Shown here: positions 39,001-53,261 of the stretch, one piece after another
Position numbering within the stretch: the stretch's first letter is position 1
How the letters are laid out: every line of letters starts with the position of its first letter
Source: Raillietiella orientalis
Taxonomy: Eukaryota
Direction: 5' to 3'
DNA: 64,000 nucleotides
Assembly (NCBI GenBank): GCA_036172245.1
Contig: JAYWIR010000031.1
Coordinates: 1,054,001 to 1,118,000, forward strand
Made by a program: the position numbers and the translations under genes
Notes under the pieces: model-generated
Database searches by the model: none
What the model was told of the DNA's origin: nothing
What the model saw: the letters and a program-made list of their open reading frames with translations, nothing else

Positions 39001-42000
39001 AACATACACACACAATCCGAATTCTAATTGGCTTTCGAAGTAGCATCTCAAGGTAAGACGATGATTTTTCATTTAAAGCGGATTTAAGGAATGTCATTTG
39101 TTGCTGTGAGTGTACGGGGAAAGGTGACGACGGTACACGATTTCGGTTTTCCTTGCGATCGAGAATAAACAGTTCGTTTGGTTTTGTTTTTTTTTTTCCT
39201 TTATGTATAGGAAACACACACACACACACACACAAAAGCGGCCGAGAAGCAACAGGTTCTGTGTACTAAGTAGTGCATTCTCATCCTTACCGCTTTTTGT
39301 TTGGCCTTCTTCTGCCGTTGTTTCGTTTTTATTCCATCGAGATGTCAAGGCAGATTTCAACAGAATTGTATCATTGAAAGATGCCATTGTGCATTTTGCA
39401 ATCAGCGGTGAACACCTTCTTTTTTTTTTCCCCCCCTTCATTCACCTTAAATATAGTCTCAGCATCCTGGCACGACTTGATCGGATTCTTGTACAATGTT
39501 CTAAAGGGTGGATTCCAGAATGGACCCTGGCTTTTGAGAGCAGGAAAGCATTTGCTCTTGAGGTGTTTGCCACACGAAGTTCGGGCGTCCGTAGGAGTCC
39601 TTTTCCGAGGAATCTTTCCGTGTTGAAGAGAGCAAGGAGCATCCTCTTTTTTTTTTCTTTTTTTCTTCTTCTTCCTCTTCTTCTTCTTCTTCCCCCGCGA
39701 GTGCGATCGCAAGCGTCACCGCATTGATACAGAATGATTGTGATGCATAGACGTGTCCAATTCGGATATCATAGGGACGGTCTCTTGAGCGGTTTCGGAT
39801 CAGGAAATGACGCAACTTCACAAGCCAGATGAAAGTGCAAGTATTCTTGCAATTCGATCTTTTTCGTCCAGGTTGCAAAACCATAATCGATTGTCAGAAC
39901 TTAGAAAAGTTCCAAAGATCAAAAGATTGCTGGGATTTTGATAGATAAATCAAGATTTCTCAGTGGTTCGGGAAGATAGAAATCTGTCTTTCCAGAGCTC
40001 GCTGCATTCGTTGCATAAGATCGCCATGATCTCCGTGTTTGTTCACAGGAGAGCTTTTCCATTCAGAAGTGCAACAGTGACGAAAGTGGAGGGCGCATTT
40101 TACTAAGGACCCACTTACAAGATGCTCATCGCTGATGATGCTGCTCAACCGAATTTTTTTTCTCTCTCCCGAATCCCAACGTTCTGCAATTAAATAATTA
40201 ACTCGCTTATCAAACTGCCATCCAAGGCCTCCTCGTTATACCCAGAGATTCTTTTCCACCACCGGATGCGGTCAGCGTCAGCGTCACCGGGGAAAACATT
40301 TTATTTTTTTTTTTCTTTTACCACTCGATCGTCGTGGTCCACTGACGAAACCCAGTGGATGAAGCGAGCGGACAAACACCATCCCTCACACATCCATTCA
40401 TGTGCATGCTTTGGGCACATCCAGTAGGCTGCTGCGTTCCACCGTGCTCAGAGGGTCGCGACGCCTCCGAGGGGGAGTCTTTGCGCTCCCGCAAAGAGGT
40501 TTTCGGACGCCCGGGGAGGCCCAACGGGCCTCGGATCGTGTACGAACTCGCATCGTTTTTTCCCCCTTTATTTCGTACCAGCGAGGATCTCGCGCGCTGC
40601 TGCTACGCATCTGCGAAGAGAGTCGTCCTTGTAAAAGTATTTCTCCAAAGCTTGCACACGAGCTCGCGAAAATCCTTCGGACACGAAACGGAGTCTCATT
40701 TCTTCTCCGGGAATCCGGAGCCAGCTCCCCGGATCCACTCGTCCGTCCTTCGCTCCCTGGAAGGGACCTCCTCTCCCCTTCTCTCTTACCGGCCGAGAAG
40801 CTTTTGGATTCGTCCCAGGCTGTGCTCGCCTCGAGGTGCTCTCCCTCCCTCACCTTCCCGAACCGAAGGGTGGCGGCGGAAGCTTTGGGGCCGCCGTGTC
40901 CCGGAGGCGCTCGATCCAGACAGACCGGATTTCCAGGAAAAGCGATAGCCGTCGGGAACCACCAGGAGCTGGAATCGCTCGGGGAGGGAAAAAAACAGAC
41001 CTGGAGAGAGAGGAAGGGAACGAGGCCCTCAAATACTATGTTTCGTTTCAAATAGACGAAGCCTGCAAGACCAGCAAGCTTCAGAAGATGGAGGCGATTC
41101 TGGAAGCGTGCCAGAAAGAGCCATTCCGCAGGATTTAAGCATCCAAATCACCGACGCGGATTTTGTAATTCGTGATAACTGCTTTTCCTCCATGGGGATG
41201 CAGTGAGGAAAACCCAACCTGTTCTTGCTTCCTTCTGCTCCGATTTCGGATCGCTTGATTTTCTCTCTTTCCTCCTTTTTGTCACATTCACGCATTTGCG
41301 TCCTGATTATTCCTGATGGGGAGATAGCTCCAGCTGCCCTATTTGCTCGGGAAACTTTTCTTCCGACTCCTTTCGCAGTGCGCGTCGCAAAAAAAAAAAA
41401 AAAAAAACAGCATGACCTACCAGAGTGCTCCCGGAACAGGTTTCTTCTTTTTCTTTGGTGAATCCAGAAAATTCCCTAGGCATCGAAAGAGGAGAAGGAG
41501 CGAGGATCTTTCCTGGATGGAGACGGAGCAGATTTCGTTACATAAAGTTGCCCCCTGACGAGACTCTGCAACCCGTTCTCAAAAAGTGAATCTCTGAAAC
41601 TGAAAAAAAATAGAGAGAAGCATCGAAGCAGATCGGCACGTGGAAGACTCATGAAGAGGACTCTGTGAAGGCAACCAGCAGAATTCTGACCTAAGGAAAT
41701 CGAGCAAAGAACGTGAATCACGTTATTTCACTGTGTGCCTTTGGTTCAGTGGAGAAAAGAAAGATGAATATCAAGGAAGGCAATGGGCAGTGGACCGTCT
41801 GGGAAACACCGCATGCGGACGAGATGAATCGTCGCTGCAGAACAACCGAAGAGACCGTCTAGAAAAAGCAGGGAGGATCCAAAGAACGAGCTCCGGTAGT
41901 GAAGAGGCGTTTCGGGATTCGGAGAACGCTCCAGGGGGATGGCGGCGTATTCAGTCAGAATGTTTCCGTGAGATTCCTACCGGAGAAAAAAGGCACCTGC

Positions 42001-45000
42001 GACAGAGGTAAGCAAATATCTGACAGGCATCGAGTTGCCGAATTTTTTACTTGAATTCATGGAAGATTTTTTAATGGCCTAACCACACGCGCAAAAATAA
42101 GCTCGGGTTGGCTCCACCGCGAGGCAAAAGTTTAAAGAATCCATCGCTCGTTCGCGCCGCCACTTGATGTTCCACGCTCCTGTTGAAAGGGAACCTTTGA
42201 CCCCATCGTGCTTGATGCATCCGTCCCGAAAAGCCTTCAACGCGGTCCTCTGTGAGCAAGATCATGCAACCCACGAAACTCATAAACATAGGGAAAATCT
42301 CGCCTCTGCCGACCCCCCGACGCAGAGTTTTCAGCATTGGCACTCGGAAGGGGTCAAAACGAATTCCCGCGAGTACTCATCCAGTCAAAAGCAAATGAAA
42401 AAAAGTGAAGCCGACGCTGAAAATTCGCTCAGGATTCCCTAGCAACGGCATCACGCAAGCCTGGCTCCCTTGTCTGTTTTGCATTTTATCGTCTTGACTT
42501 CTTGTGTGTGCCCTTGGGTGCGTTCTCGACCCTGAGCAAATATTGAACTGGTGATTATTGCATTGCGCTTTTAAGGTCCCATAAAATCTCCAGCTCCGTG
42601 AAGAATCCTTTAAGAACTGTTGTGTCTGCTTTGACATGGAAGTCGCTGTGGGCGTTTGTTTACAGACATCGTGGTAGATGCCGAAACCATTGCATCATTT
42701 ACAGAGTCCACGAGTGATTCTGTTCACCAAGTTTGCATTTCAAAACCCACTTTTCCTTCGATATTCTGGTCAGGGAGCGGAAGATTGGAGCTCTAAAGTT
42801 ATTGGTAATTTGCAAATCATTTGTTCGTCGTGCGTTCGCTGACCCTAATTCCATGTGAAACTTCTGCAGCTTCCATTTTCCCGAAATCTCCCCCTTGCGA
42901 TGCAATTTCTGCCACCAGCTGGAGGACCGCAAGTCTGTCGGAAAGTCTGCTGGTTTTTCATTTGTTATTGAATGCAACTCGGCGATTTGCTGAAGGGCTT
43001 CGCAAGCACTATGGATGTGTCTTTTTTTTTTTTTTTCTTTTCTTTTTCTTTTTTTCAAAGTGTGTGCGTTATTAATGCGCTGTTCGAATGTGGCTTTCTC
43101 CTGCATCATCTCATTTTAACATGCCGGTTGCATTCCGTGGTTTGCTGGTGCCCATCAGCCCTAGAACTCGGCGTTCGCCCCGAATCGGCTTAACTTCTTG
43201 CAAAAGGTATGAATCAAAACAGGAGTTTGGTTTGCCTTCCGAGTTGGTTTGCGCTCAGCATTCTCAGGGAACGTCCCTTCACCCCTGTTTTCAAGTCAGA
43301 AACGAAAATCACTGTGATCTGCATCGGTTTTCCAAAGATACCATTGGGAAAGAAAAGAAAAAAAAGCAGCAGCAGCAGCCACCACGTCGTTCAGAGGTGT
43401 CCTTTTCGGGCTCAGGTGCCCTTTGCCTTCTTGCCTTCATTCTGTACCAGGCGCGGGCAGTCACCCTCTTTCGAATCGCAGCGAATCTTATCCCTATGGG
43501 ACTCGCTGATGTAAACGTACCACCCTCCCGGGGGACGAGCGTAGTAGTTGGAACGGAGAGAGATCTCAGAGGGCACTCCTAATGACGGTAAAACAGCAAC
43601 ATCTAAACTTAAAAGCTGCCCGTCGCCAGAATTAAAGAACCATGCATTTCGTGAGTCTAAAGCTGTGACCCAGGCCACCACCATTTCTTAAGAGGCCCTT
43701 CGCACAATTCTGGATCGGCGGCGAACCCGCTGCAACGAAAGGGTTGTCTATGGCAGGTCTACGCTAAATCTGTTTCCCACGCCCTTGCTCATCTTTTAGG
43801 AGCGGAGCAGTGCACGCTGCTTGTGCAATGCTCCACTTAAAAGGATGCAGATGGGAAAATTCTTGGTATAAACTTTTGCTCGCTTAATTCTTCCCTTCAT
43901 TGACCATCCTTCCTGGATAATTGGGTGCTGCAGGTCCGATCCGCAAGCCGGTCGGTCCTAACTGAAAGCCAGTTTTTCCCTTCGCATTCCATGATTCCAC
44001 CATTCCGGGCTCCAGCTTGGAATCGCCGATTCTTCCTGCTTTGCTTGCAGTCTTCCTGAATTCTCCAGCAGATCCCAGATCAGTCTGAATGTTCTTCCGG
44101 TGACTCCATGGTGCACAGCATCATTTTCCGTTGTTGGTAATCCGCACTTGCAAGCATGGTGAGGACATTCTTCAGCGTTAGATTCTCTTTCATGGGAAAT
44201 GTACCGCGAAGAATCTTGAACTTTCCTCGCAAAAAAAGTCTGTGTCCAGAAATGCTGCTGCTAATAAATCTTCTTTCTCCCCTTTCTTTTTTTTTTTTTT
44301 TTTTACCTCCTGATAAACAACGGAAATAACCTTCAATTATCCATTCAGGCATGTTTTCATCTCTGTTCCGTCTTTCCTCGTTTTATGAGATCTCTGGATC
44401 TCGTGGACGGTGCGGAACAGAGCAGATTCACCCAATCTACTCATTCGTCTCACCACGAAATAGTAAGCCGACTGGTCCTGCCAACTTGCATGCTCGAAAC
44501 TTAAAGACGGAATGAAATGCAGGGTTTTTTTTTGTGTTTTGTTTTTTTTTGTTTTTTTTTTTTTTCCGGATTCAGCGACAGCTGTCCATCTTCTTTTCGT
44601 GATTTTTATGGCATCCATCTATCTATCTCAATGATCACGTCTCCATGCATCTATGTGTAAAAGAAGATATGGAAAAATATCCGCGCGTATACGGTTGCAT
44701 GCAGCTCTCTTTTCCGATGACTTCAGCAAAGGCTGAAATCAAAGAGTAAGAAGACATGAAGTTCACCTAGGTCTCGCTTCATCCGCCAAATAATGCGAAA
44801 GTGACCATCTGCGTTTGAAGATTGCATTTAAATTGCAATAGTCTTTATTTTCAGCATCCCCAATGATTTCCGGTACTGGAGGGAACTGCTTTCCCTCCAT
44901 TTCCCATCTCCCTTTGGGGTGGCACAGTTCGGAAATCGGGCATCACCTTGCAAGTTCATCTCGGGGCTCATCTCGCGCTCGCGCATCTATCGCTCACCGA

Positions 45001-48000
45001 TTCGAAAATCACGCAGCTCGATGGAGATTAATCACGGTTCAGAGTCCCACGATGCCTCCGTTTCTTTTCCTTTAATGGAAAAAAGCTTTCAGGAGGGAAA
45101 AGAAGAGGAAAAGAAAATATCTCTGGAGGCAACGAAACGGGAAATAACCGAACGGTGTGACACTTCGGGGATTTGTCTTTTACCGAACCACACAGCAACA
45201 CTTTGGCCCTCATTACCCCCACCGGCCGAAATAAAAGTTGGGATGCGTTTCGGCTTTCAGTTCAAACTTTCCAAACGAAGATCCGCCCAGTTGTGCCATC
45301 GATGCATCAACGATTCCAAGTTTACTTCAAAACAAGAAAAGGATCACTGCGAAGTTTTTCTCCTTATCACTGGTCACATCTTTGAGGTGTACACCTTTAA
45401 CCAACCTAAGTAGGGGGCGACTTACGTTAGTTGGATGAGCGCATCTGTGTGCCAGCTGGATTTTTCGGGATGTGCTATCTTGAAATACCACATGAGTGCA
45501 ACATCGATACTTGTAAATGTATATGCTGCTATTTGTGCATAATCATTTAATAAGTAGTTATGCCCTTGAGCGCACGGGTGCATATATGTGTATATAAGAT
45601 TCGTAAGAAGCAGTTTTAGATCATTTCGGTTCCTTAGATGCAGAGTTCAGTTTCATTTTATTTTATTTTATTCTTTTCAGCTGTTTTGTGAGCCTTTTAC
45701 TGTTTTTCCGCATCCGATTTGTTCCAAGGTAACTCGTTCAGCGTCCCTGCATAAAGAAATCGTACTTTTGCAAAATCGACTCTCCTTTTTTTGAAACTCA
45801 ACCCTCCGTTCGGATTCTGGACATGGTAAGTTCCCCATATTTTACGTACTTGTGACTCCTTTCTTGTGCTGTCGAGGATTTTCAGGTGTACAATACTTAC
45901 TGTTTGGCGAGTGAAACACGTAAACGTTTCCTATGAAAGCGGTACATTGAAATTTTCTCGATGAAATTTCGCTGCATTACATAAGAAACATGAATTTAGC
46001 GATCACAGTATCACACTGTTCGTGCAAGCGTGTTCAGAATATTCGTGGATGAGGTGCAACGCTTTTGCAACGGTAATATTCCTTAATTGTGGGGTCCAAG
46101 CATCCGAGTGTGTGTTTATGAATGCCTTTCAATTAAAATGAAACGTTGCAAGGTCATGGAGCATCTTGAATGTCGCAGGGCTCATCTGGCAGCTTTGTCA
46201 GAGCAGGAGCTAGACTGGGAGCCTTGGCATCAATTATTTTCTGAAAGGAAGATGTTTTGAATTTTGGAGTTCCGCTACCATGTCGCTTTTCCCACCTACA
46301 TACCTACCACTACCGTCTAAGATCCTCTACTGCCAATTTTTTGACAGTCCCATGGCTGGGACGTGAAACGGAAAAAAAACGGAAAACTTTGGACTTATAG
46401 GTATCTCTGAATTCATGGAAATCATTTCCTAATAATCCCACATTTTTTAACTTTATTTCACGGATGTGTAGACGTATCCGTGTACGGTTGTGTACGCATT
46501 TTCGTTTGCGATGATCCTTGCCTCGTTTCTCACCGATCCTGTTCCCATGTACATTTTGTCATATCGGCGCGAGCTGCCCGGCGTACGAAAATTTGAAAAA
46601 GGGGGTGACGGGGTTTTTCAATCTGTTGGAATCGCAAAGTGTCATCTCAGTGGCTCTGCAGCGTACAGAGTTCGATACGGACAGCTTCTGCGAAATCCGG
46701 AATCAAAGAAAATTGGCGCGATTCTGCAGTCTTGAAGGAAGCTATGAAGAAGCTGTTGCTTGTTCTCCGGAAACCGAAGTGAACCGAGAAGCGATGCAGA
46801 CGGCTTTCGGAAACTGGCGAGGATGATCATTGTGAAGATTGGCGAAGGAGCCCAGGAGAGCGACCGCTATTTTCTCTGGAACCTCATTCGAATGGGCAGG
46901 GCTGAATGGACTTGGTGTAGGAATCGTGTAGCGAGGCGCAAAGTATCTTCCCTGGATGGGTGTTTGCACACCACGCAAGAGCGGGGGGCGTCGGTCGTTC
47001 TCACACGAAGGTTGTCTTAATTCCCTCCACGTGCCGAAACACCGCGATCCTCGGACGAGCTCGGTTTGGGCGAAAACGCTTTGCTTCAGACATTTCGGCT
47101 CGTTATTGCTATTATTATTAAGTGTGTTCGCCGGTGCACGCTGGAACTTCGAGGGAGGTTCGCTTCCTGTGTTTGAAACAGAGGCTGGTTAGAAATCTCC
47201 TTAGATTGAGTCGTGTGGAGAATTCCGCAGCACGCAATCAACACCACCGAGGCGAAATCGGAATCTTTAGAATCTCAGCACAGAAGCGAAGACGCATCCC
47301 ATCCCAGAAGCTCCTCCGAGTGCGGCGATGTACGGTGGAAAACAGGAGGGATCACTTTATTCTCAATTACCCTTTTGATGCCATCAAGCATTAAGTGTCT
47401 TTTCCTTTTTGTCATCCAAGTTCGAATGGTAAAAAAGAAAAGATGTGGTTCGCCACTTGCCAGGAGGTCACTTCATATCCAGATTGGATCAAAAGTTCAA
47501 TTGCCTACGAGGTTCAGATTGCTAATATATGCTAATACTTTTTCAGGAATCATATATCAAATGATGCCTGAAAAAAGTGATAGCTCGCAAGGAGAGTTAC
47601 TGAATTCCTGGCAATCAAACGATCTCAGCACTAATGCTCTTGCACACAAGAGTGGTACATCCCAACTTAAGTGTGCTAAGAATAGTTTCTGAGGTCAAAA
47701 TGATGTCCGTTATCTTGGAAGGGGAATACGTCCAGCTTAAGAGATACAGATTTTAATAAATGGGAAAGAGATGCTGTGCTTTTTTTTTTAGCCGACTTGG
47801 AAGTTAGAAATCATTGCGCTAAGATCATCTTAAGTGTACTCTAAACTGTTGCTTCTCATGGATAATGTATCAAAGATAAGATAATCCAAACAGGGACAAA
47901 AGTGAATGTGTATCTGTTCCGGAAACGTGAGTTTCTGTTGGAGAGAAAACTCACGAACGCTCTCATAATGATAAACATGGAGCGACTATGATGTGGCTCT

Positions 48001-49123
48001 GTACTGAAATGAAAGTCAATACCAAGGGACCGTGGTCACTGTTTCTTCTGCAATCAGGCCTGGGCATCACCATCTAGTGAAAATTACCATTACAATTCTC
48101 TGATTGCAATCATTGCTGGAGCTCTGCTCTCTTTGGAAGGAACATCTTGCCCGTGTGGGCGCCTTCTATCCATCCACTGCCTTTGAGGGTGCGTGAAATG
48201 GCAGCGATAGGAAAAATTCAATTTCGAGTGATTGCTTGCACTCTGCGAAAGTTTTAAAAGTAATTCGGTGGCATTCAGAGTGGGGGGGAAAATGGCGATT
48301 TTCGTGGATTCCTGCTTTCGGAGGTCGCTTAGCTTTCGAAGCTCTTCTGCACAATAGTGAGCTGTTGCACTAGCGATCGGTTATGCTTCTGAAACCTTCT
48401 GAAAACCCATGAGAGCAGGCAGCACTTTCCGCTCATCGGATCATGCTGAGTATTCCAGCACATCCACGACTCTGTCCTTGAAATTTCCCTCTTTCCGTCC
48501 GGTAGAAAGAGGACAAATAGACAAGAACATCCTGATGTAGTCGCCAACCTACACGGGTGCCACCGTCAAATCACTTACCGTATGGAATCTTCCTTTCAAT
48601 TTTCGTTTCCCCGTCGCCTTCCCGGCCCTTTGGATTTTTGCAATATAAGATGTTGTATCCTGTTTTCATCCGTGTCGCACACACTGAAAATGCAGCATTT
48701 GCACCCATGTCTTTACAGATAGCAAACAAATACAGCGGCACACTGAGCCTGCTGTCTCGTGTATCGAGTTGAAACCGTTCGTTCGCTTCTGAAAAATGGT
48801 TCTTCAATTATGGCATTTTCCAAGAAGTGGCAGCTTCCTCACCATCCTTGCGTTTGTGACCTCTACTTGGCAACACACGTGCTTCTCTTTCTCGTTGGCG
48901 GGCATCCGTTTCCATGGACACGAACTGAGAAATCCGAACACCAGTTTCTCTAGAAACGGTTTTCAACACCGTTTCCATTTTCATAAAAGCAGACGGATGA
49001 TTCTTCGTCGATGCCGCTTTCTCTCCTTTTGCATTCTCTTCCACGCTGAACATTATGCTAACGGTGGATCTCACACGAAATTCGAATCTCCTCTAAACAT
49101 CTTGCGAACGCTGGTGTGTCGTT

Positions 49124-49161
49124 CTACACTTCGATCTTAGCCAAAAGGCCGAGAAGCGAGT
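49124..49161 (-). pseudogene. U2: 3'-truncated U2 snRNA copy (5' ~36 nt only)
   Basis: Minus strand reads (ac)TCGCTTCTCGGCCTTTTGGCTAAGATC(g)AAGTGTAG, equal to canonical U2 nt 2-36 with one inserted G. Similarity stops inside the branch-site recognition sequence. Confidence 0.88.
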
Positions 49162-49784
49162 TGCACGTATTCCACAGCAGGCAATCATCTCCGAAGCCCT
49201 CACAAACTATGAACGCTTCAGTAGCCCTTCGAAAATTTCCGAACTTCATGCCGATTGGGAAAATAGGGAACTTTGGTCGGGTCAGAGACCTCAGTGGAGC
49301 TGTCACAGAAAAGGATAAAAGGCGGATGCAAGTACCGCGGCTGTCTGAACTCCGCCATGGGGTGTGACGCCAAGGATTGAAGTCCGAGTTGCACGTTTGC
49401 GCTTCATGAAAGGGTTACCCTTTGCACCTCGGAATGAAATTCTCCAAATGCCATCCATCCTAACGGCGTAAGCTTCTAATGCAATGTTCATCGCAGCCGT
49501 TTGATGTGCCAAATGGGAATGATCATCTAAATTAGTGCTAAACGGTGGCTGCTTGCTATCGTATTTTACTTCTAACGAGCATACCTGTCAATCGCCTTGG
49601 GGTAATATTATCCGTTTGAGCAATGAGCGTTTTAACTATTCGACGAACGCGGTATTTCCTTCTTCACGGACAGCGCTTCAGGGTTTCCAACGCAAAGATT
49701 AGGACTCGACTCACTCACCGTTCCTCCCGGATTCGATCCATGCGGAGGATCATCAAGGAAAACGGAAACGTCATTCTGTACGAT

Positions 49785-49833
49785 CCGGATGGCGTCGTAT
49801 ACATATGGCCGGATTGCGTCGTATACATAATGG
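49785..49833 (+). repeat. Two-copy 24/25-bp tandem duplication
   Basis: ccggatggcgtcgtatacatatgg followed by ccggattgcgtcgtatacataatgg. Confidence 0.9.
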
Positions 49834-52800
49834 CTCCGCGGCCAAATGTCTGGAAAACGAAATTCCTCCAGCGCTTCCTAAGCCATCTATCCCCCATCCA
49901 AAGCAAGTATGGGGATAATTTTTGGAATTTCTGTTGCTATGCGACCAAGATGTTAAACGAGAGACACTCACATGTACTTTCCTCCAAAAATGATTCCTTA
50001 CTTTCGATTACTTCTCAAAGCTCAAGACCGCTTCCTGACTGGCTGAGGATGAATCTTCTAAAACCAGTTCTTGTTTTTAGCTGCATGGCACATGAATAGA
50101 AATGGATGTGAACATATTTGTAATTAATATACCTTTCCATTTGATCTCTGCTTCGCATTCTTTAAAAAAAACCGAATACCAAATCATTATTACGAACTTG
50201 ATGTAATTTATTATCATGAACATGTGGAACTAAATAAACATGAAAGCATTTCCTGTTTCTTCTCGAGGCACGTTCCTAGGAATTTGTTACCTAGAAAACG
50301 AATTTTTGCTGGGATAGACATTTTTCTTATGTATTTGAGCATGCCGGGTGATCAGGGAATGCACAAGTGGAAATTCCTGGCACTTTGACTATCGGAGTCC
50401 CCACGCGCTGCCTACTGCTGATTTCGTGAAAACTAACGAAAGTATTTCGAGCACGGATTTTCGTTTTTTTTTTTTTTTTCTTCTCATTTTCGATATTTCA
50501 TCCCTGTACTGTGCTCTCATCGCTTTCAGGAATAAGGAATGAAGAATTTTCCTCCTCTCGGCACATTCATTAGAGAATCTCAATGGTTGGAATTTGATTC
50601 ACTACTCTTGAATAGGTTCGTGCTATTAAGTGATTTTCTCAGAGTGAACATCTATTGCTCTGCAGGCTGGCAAAGTCACTGTTCAGAATTCAAGATTGGA
50701 GAGCAGTCATTTTTTTTTTTTTCTTCCTTCTTCATGTGGAAAAATTGGAATGCTTCCGTTCTCATTTCTTCAGCGCTGAGAACTTCAGCTCGCCTTCGGT
50801 CACAGTGTTTCACTTTAACCGAACGTCCCATTTAGCGCCGAAGAGATCCGTGGTTGCAACATTTCTCCGAAAAGGCGTACCGATCGTATAAGAAGGAAAA
50901 TCTCGAAATGTACATCGCAGCTAAAGTAGATGGTAGCCGAGAGAATGGAAAGTTCTTTGTTCCTCAAGATAGAATGCTGTGAGGTCTTCCGGCACGGTTC
51001 GAGGGAGCTTCCATTCAGGAACGCGTCCTTCTTTGCAAACGAAGAAAGACACGTGACCGCATTCAAAGACGTGCGAAACAGCTTCTTCCGATGGGATTCT
51101 CATTTCCGTGAGGCTGTGTGTTTTTGAAACTGTTCGGCACAACATGCACGAACCCTTTCACGTGATCTCCTCAACACATCACCTTTCTGGTTTGAACCTG
51201 CACTGTTTCCATTTGTCATTCGTTTGCAGATATACAGTATTCTCTGGACTAATTTCATCATATACGCCATTCGTAAGCAGAAAGCTGCATGCACCCCAGT
51301 GTCCATAAGATTTTCTGAAAACGTGGAAACGCCACAGCCAGGGAAAACACCTGCTGAACTCTTATTCCCGAATGCTTCTGCGTATGATCACCAATGGCGC
51401 ACCCCGGCAGCTCCGAAACCCTTCTGCGCCGATGGAGAATTGCTCTGCGAAGAGACGAGTAGCTATCCTTTGTAAGTACTCGCGTGTGAGAGATGTCTTT
51501 GAAAAGATGCGAACGTGCGGCACAGTTTGCCAATTAATGGAGGCGGACACTCCACTTGTTAACATTAAGAGAACACGGCGTGTCGGTGGCGTTGAAACGA
51601 AAGGTTTTCCTTTTTTTTGTTTTTTTCCTCCCCTTTCTTCCGTTCACCTTGTAAACTGATTGTCAGTGTCATCTCGACGGCGGAATTTCCAAAAGTCCCA
51701 TCCATTCGGATGTGACAGAAGGAGCTCAGGTCCCGAGTTGGAGTGCAAAGTGCAGCCGCTGGAAAGGCGGCTTCCAGCCAAAGCGTTTTAGAAGGGCGGC
51801 GAAGCATAGAGAAAATGGAGTGACACTCCGTGGAGAAAGAGACGCCGCACCGCACAGAGCTGCATTTCCAGCATTGGATCTGTTGGTCCTGGCAAGCAGC
51901 GCAGTATGCCCTGCCTTTTTTTCCTTTTTTTTTTTTTCCTTCCGACCGTGGAAGAAAGGAGATTCGTCTTCTGATGCTTCTCGTCCTGAAGGGCAGATCG
52001 TGCCTGGAGACCAGTGGGAGACCTAGAAAAGAAAGACCTAGAAACTTGCCTTGGCAACTCGGTCCATCGAGCTTTTCCCTGCAGTACTTACTGAAGGCAG
52101 GGAAGGGAGAACAACTTTCAATCAAATTCCAGTGCGTCCCGAATTCCGCCACAATTTGCAGGGCCGCCAGCGAATTGGAGAGATTTCATACCCGAATCGC
52201 TACCGTATTTGTGCCGTCTGGACGAAAAAGGGGAAAAAAAGGTCTTGAAATTGCATCAAGCACAGGGAAACTGGTTTAAGAGACCTGCGCCTTGTCGTTT
52301 TTTTCCAGCTTGCACGCGGACGAGCTTTTTCCCTCTGGTGCTTTTCATCTTCCAGGATTTAATAGCAGACGAATGTGTTGTGGATGTCAGAATTCCTTGC
52401 AAACAAACGATGATTCGGTCGATTCGCTTTTGTTTCGCCTGCGTGGCAATGAACTCGGCAGCAGTGACCACACAGCTCGCTGTAGGGAACAACGTATGGT
52501 TCTGCTGGCAGTGCAAGATCACAATCTTCCAGAATCGAAAATCGTCGTCGGGAAAACACACACACACACACAAAAAAAAATTGATTCATTCGTTGGCAGT
52601 GATCGCTGAAACCCTGAACTGGAATCGGCAGTCAGGGGGTCTCGTGGAATTCACCAAACGGAATTCGTCAAGCAGCTTTGCACACGGCGCATATTTATGA
52701 GGCAGATGATTGGGGCACCTCAGCGAACGCTGCTGAAGGAAAACTTCCATCCTTTCCGATCTATTTAGCAAACAAACGGAACTCTATAAAATGAAGCGTC

Positions 52801-53261
52801 GTTTTGTAGACGATTGACAGGTGGTGGTTTCTTGTTGGGGTGTCGCAGTGGCTTGCAGATTTGATTTTCTTCACCCTCGACACATCAGGCAAATCTCTTG
52901 GCACTGTTTTCTGTTTTTTTTTTTTTTTTTGTCTTTCGCTCTTTGCTTTTGCCCGGAGACACTCTCAGTATTTGTAAAGGATGCATTCAGGGAAACCGGG
53001 TTCGATTTTTTGTTGAGTAGAACGCTCGTCTCTCTTAAGATGAAGAATAATGACTCTTCCTCGAACACAGTTTCCAAGATGCGTTTCGGCAAACGAGTAT
53101 TTTAATCGTTTCGTGTCCATACGCGACGAAGGGAATAAGTTGGTTTACCAAGGATTCCCGGAAAGTGCAAGGTTGCAATGAGGAGGCGCTAACATGAAGA
53201 GGCTGCTAAATGTCAGGAACGACTGGTAGTCGTTAATTATCGATTTGAAGCTCACCGTATT

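Noticed and set aside
47907..47920. gtatctgttc as the missing continuation of U2
   Set aside because: Only ~10 nt and on the opposite strand from the U2 5' fragment.
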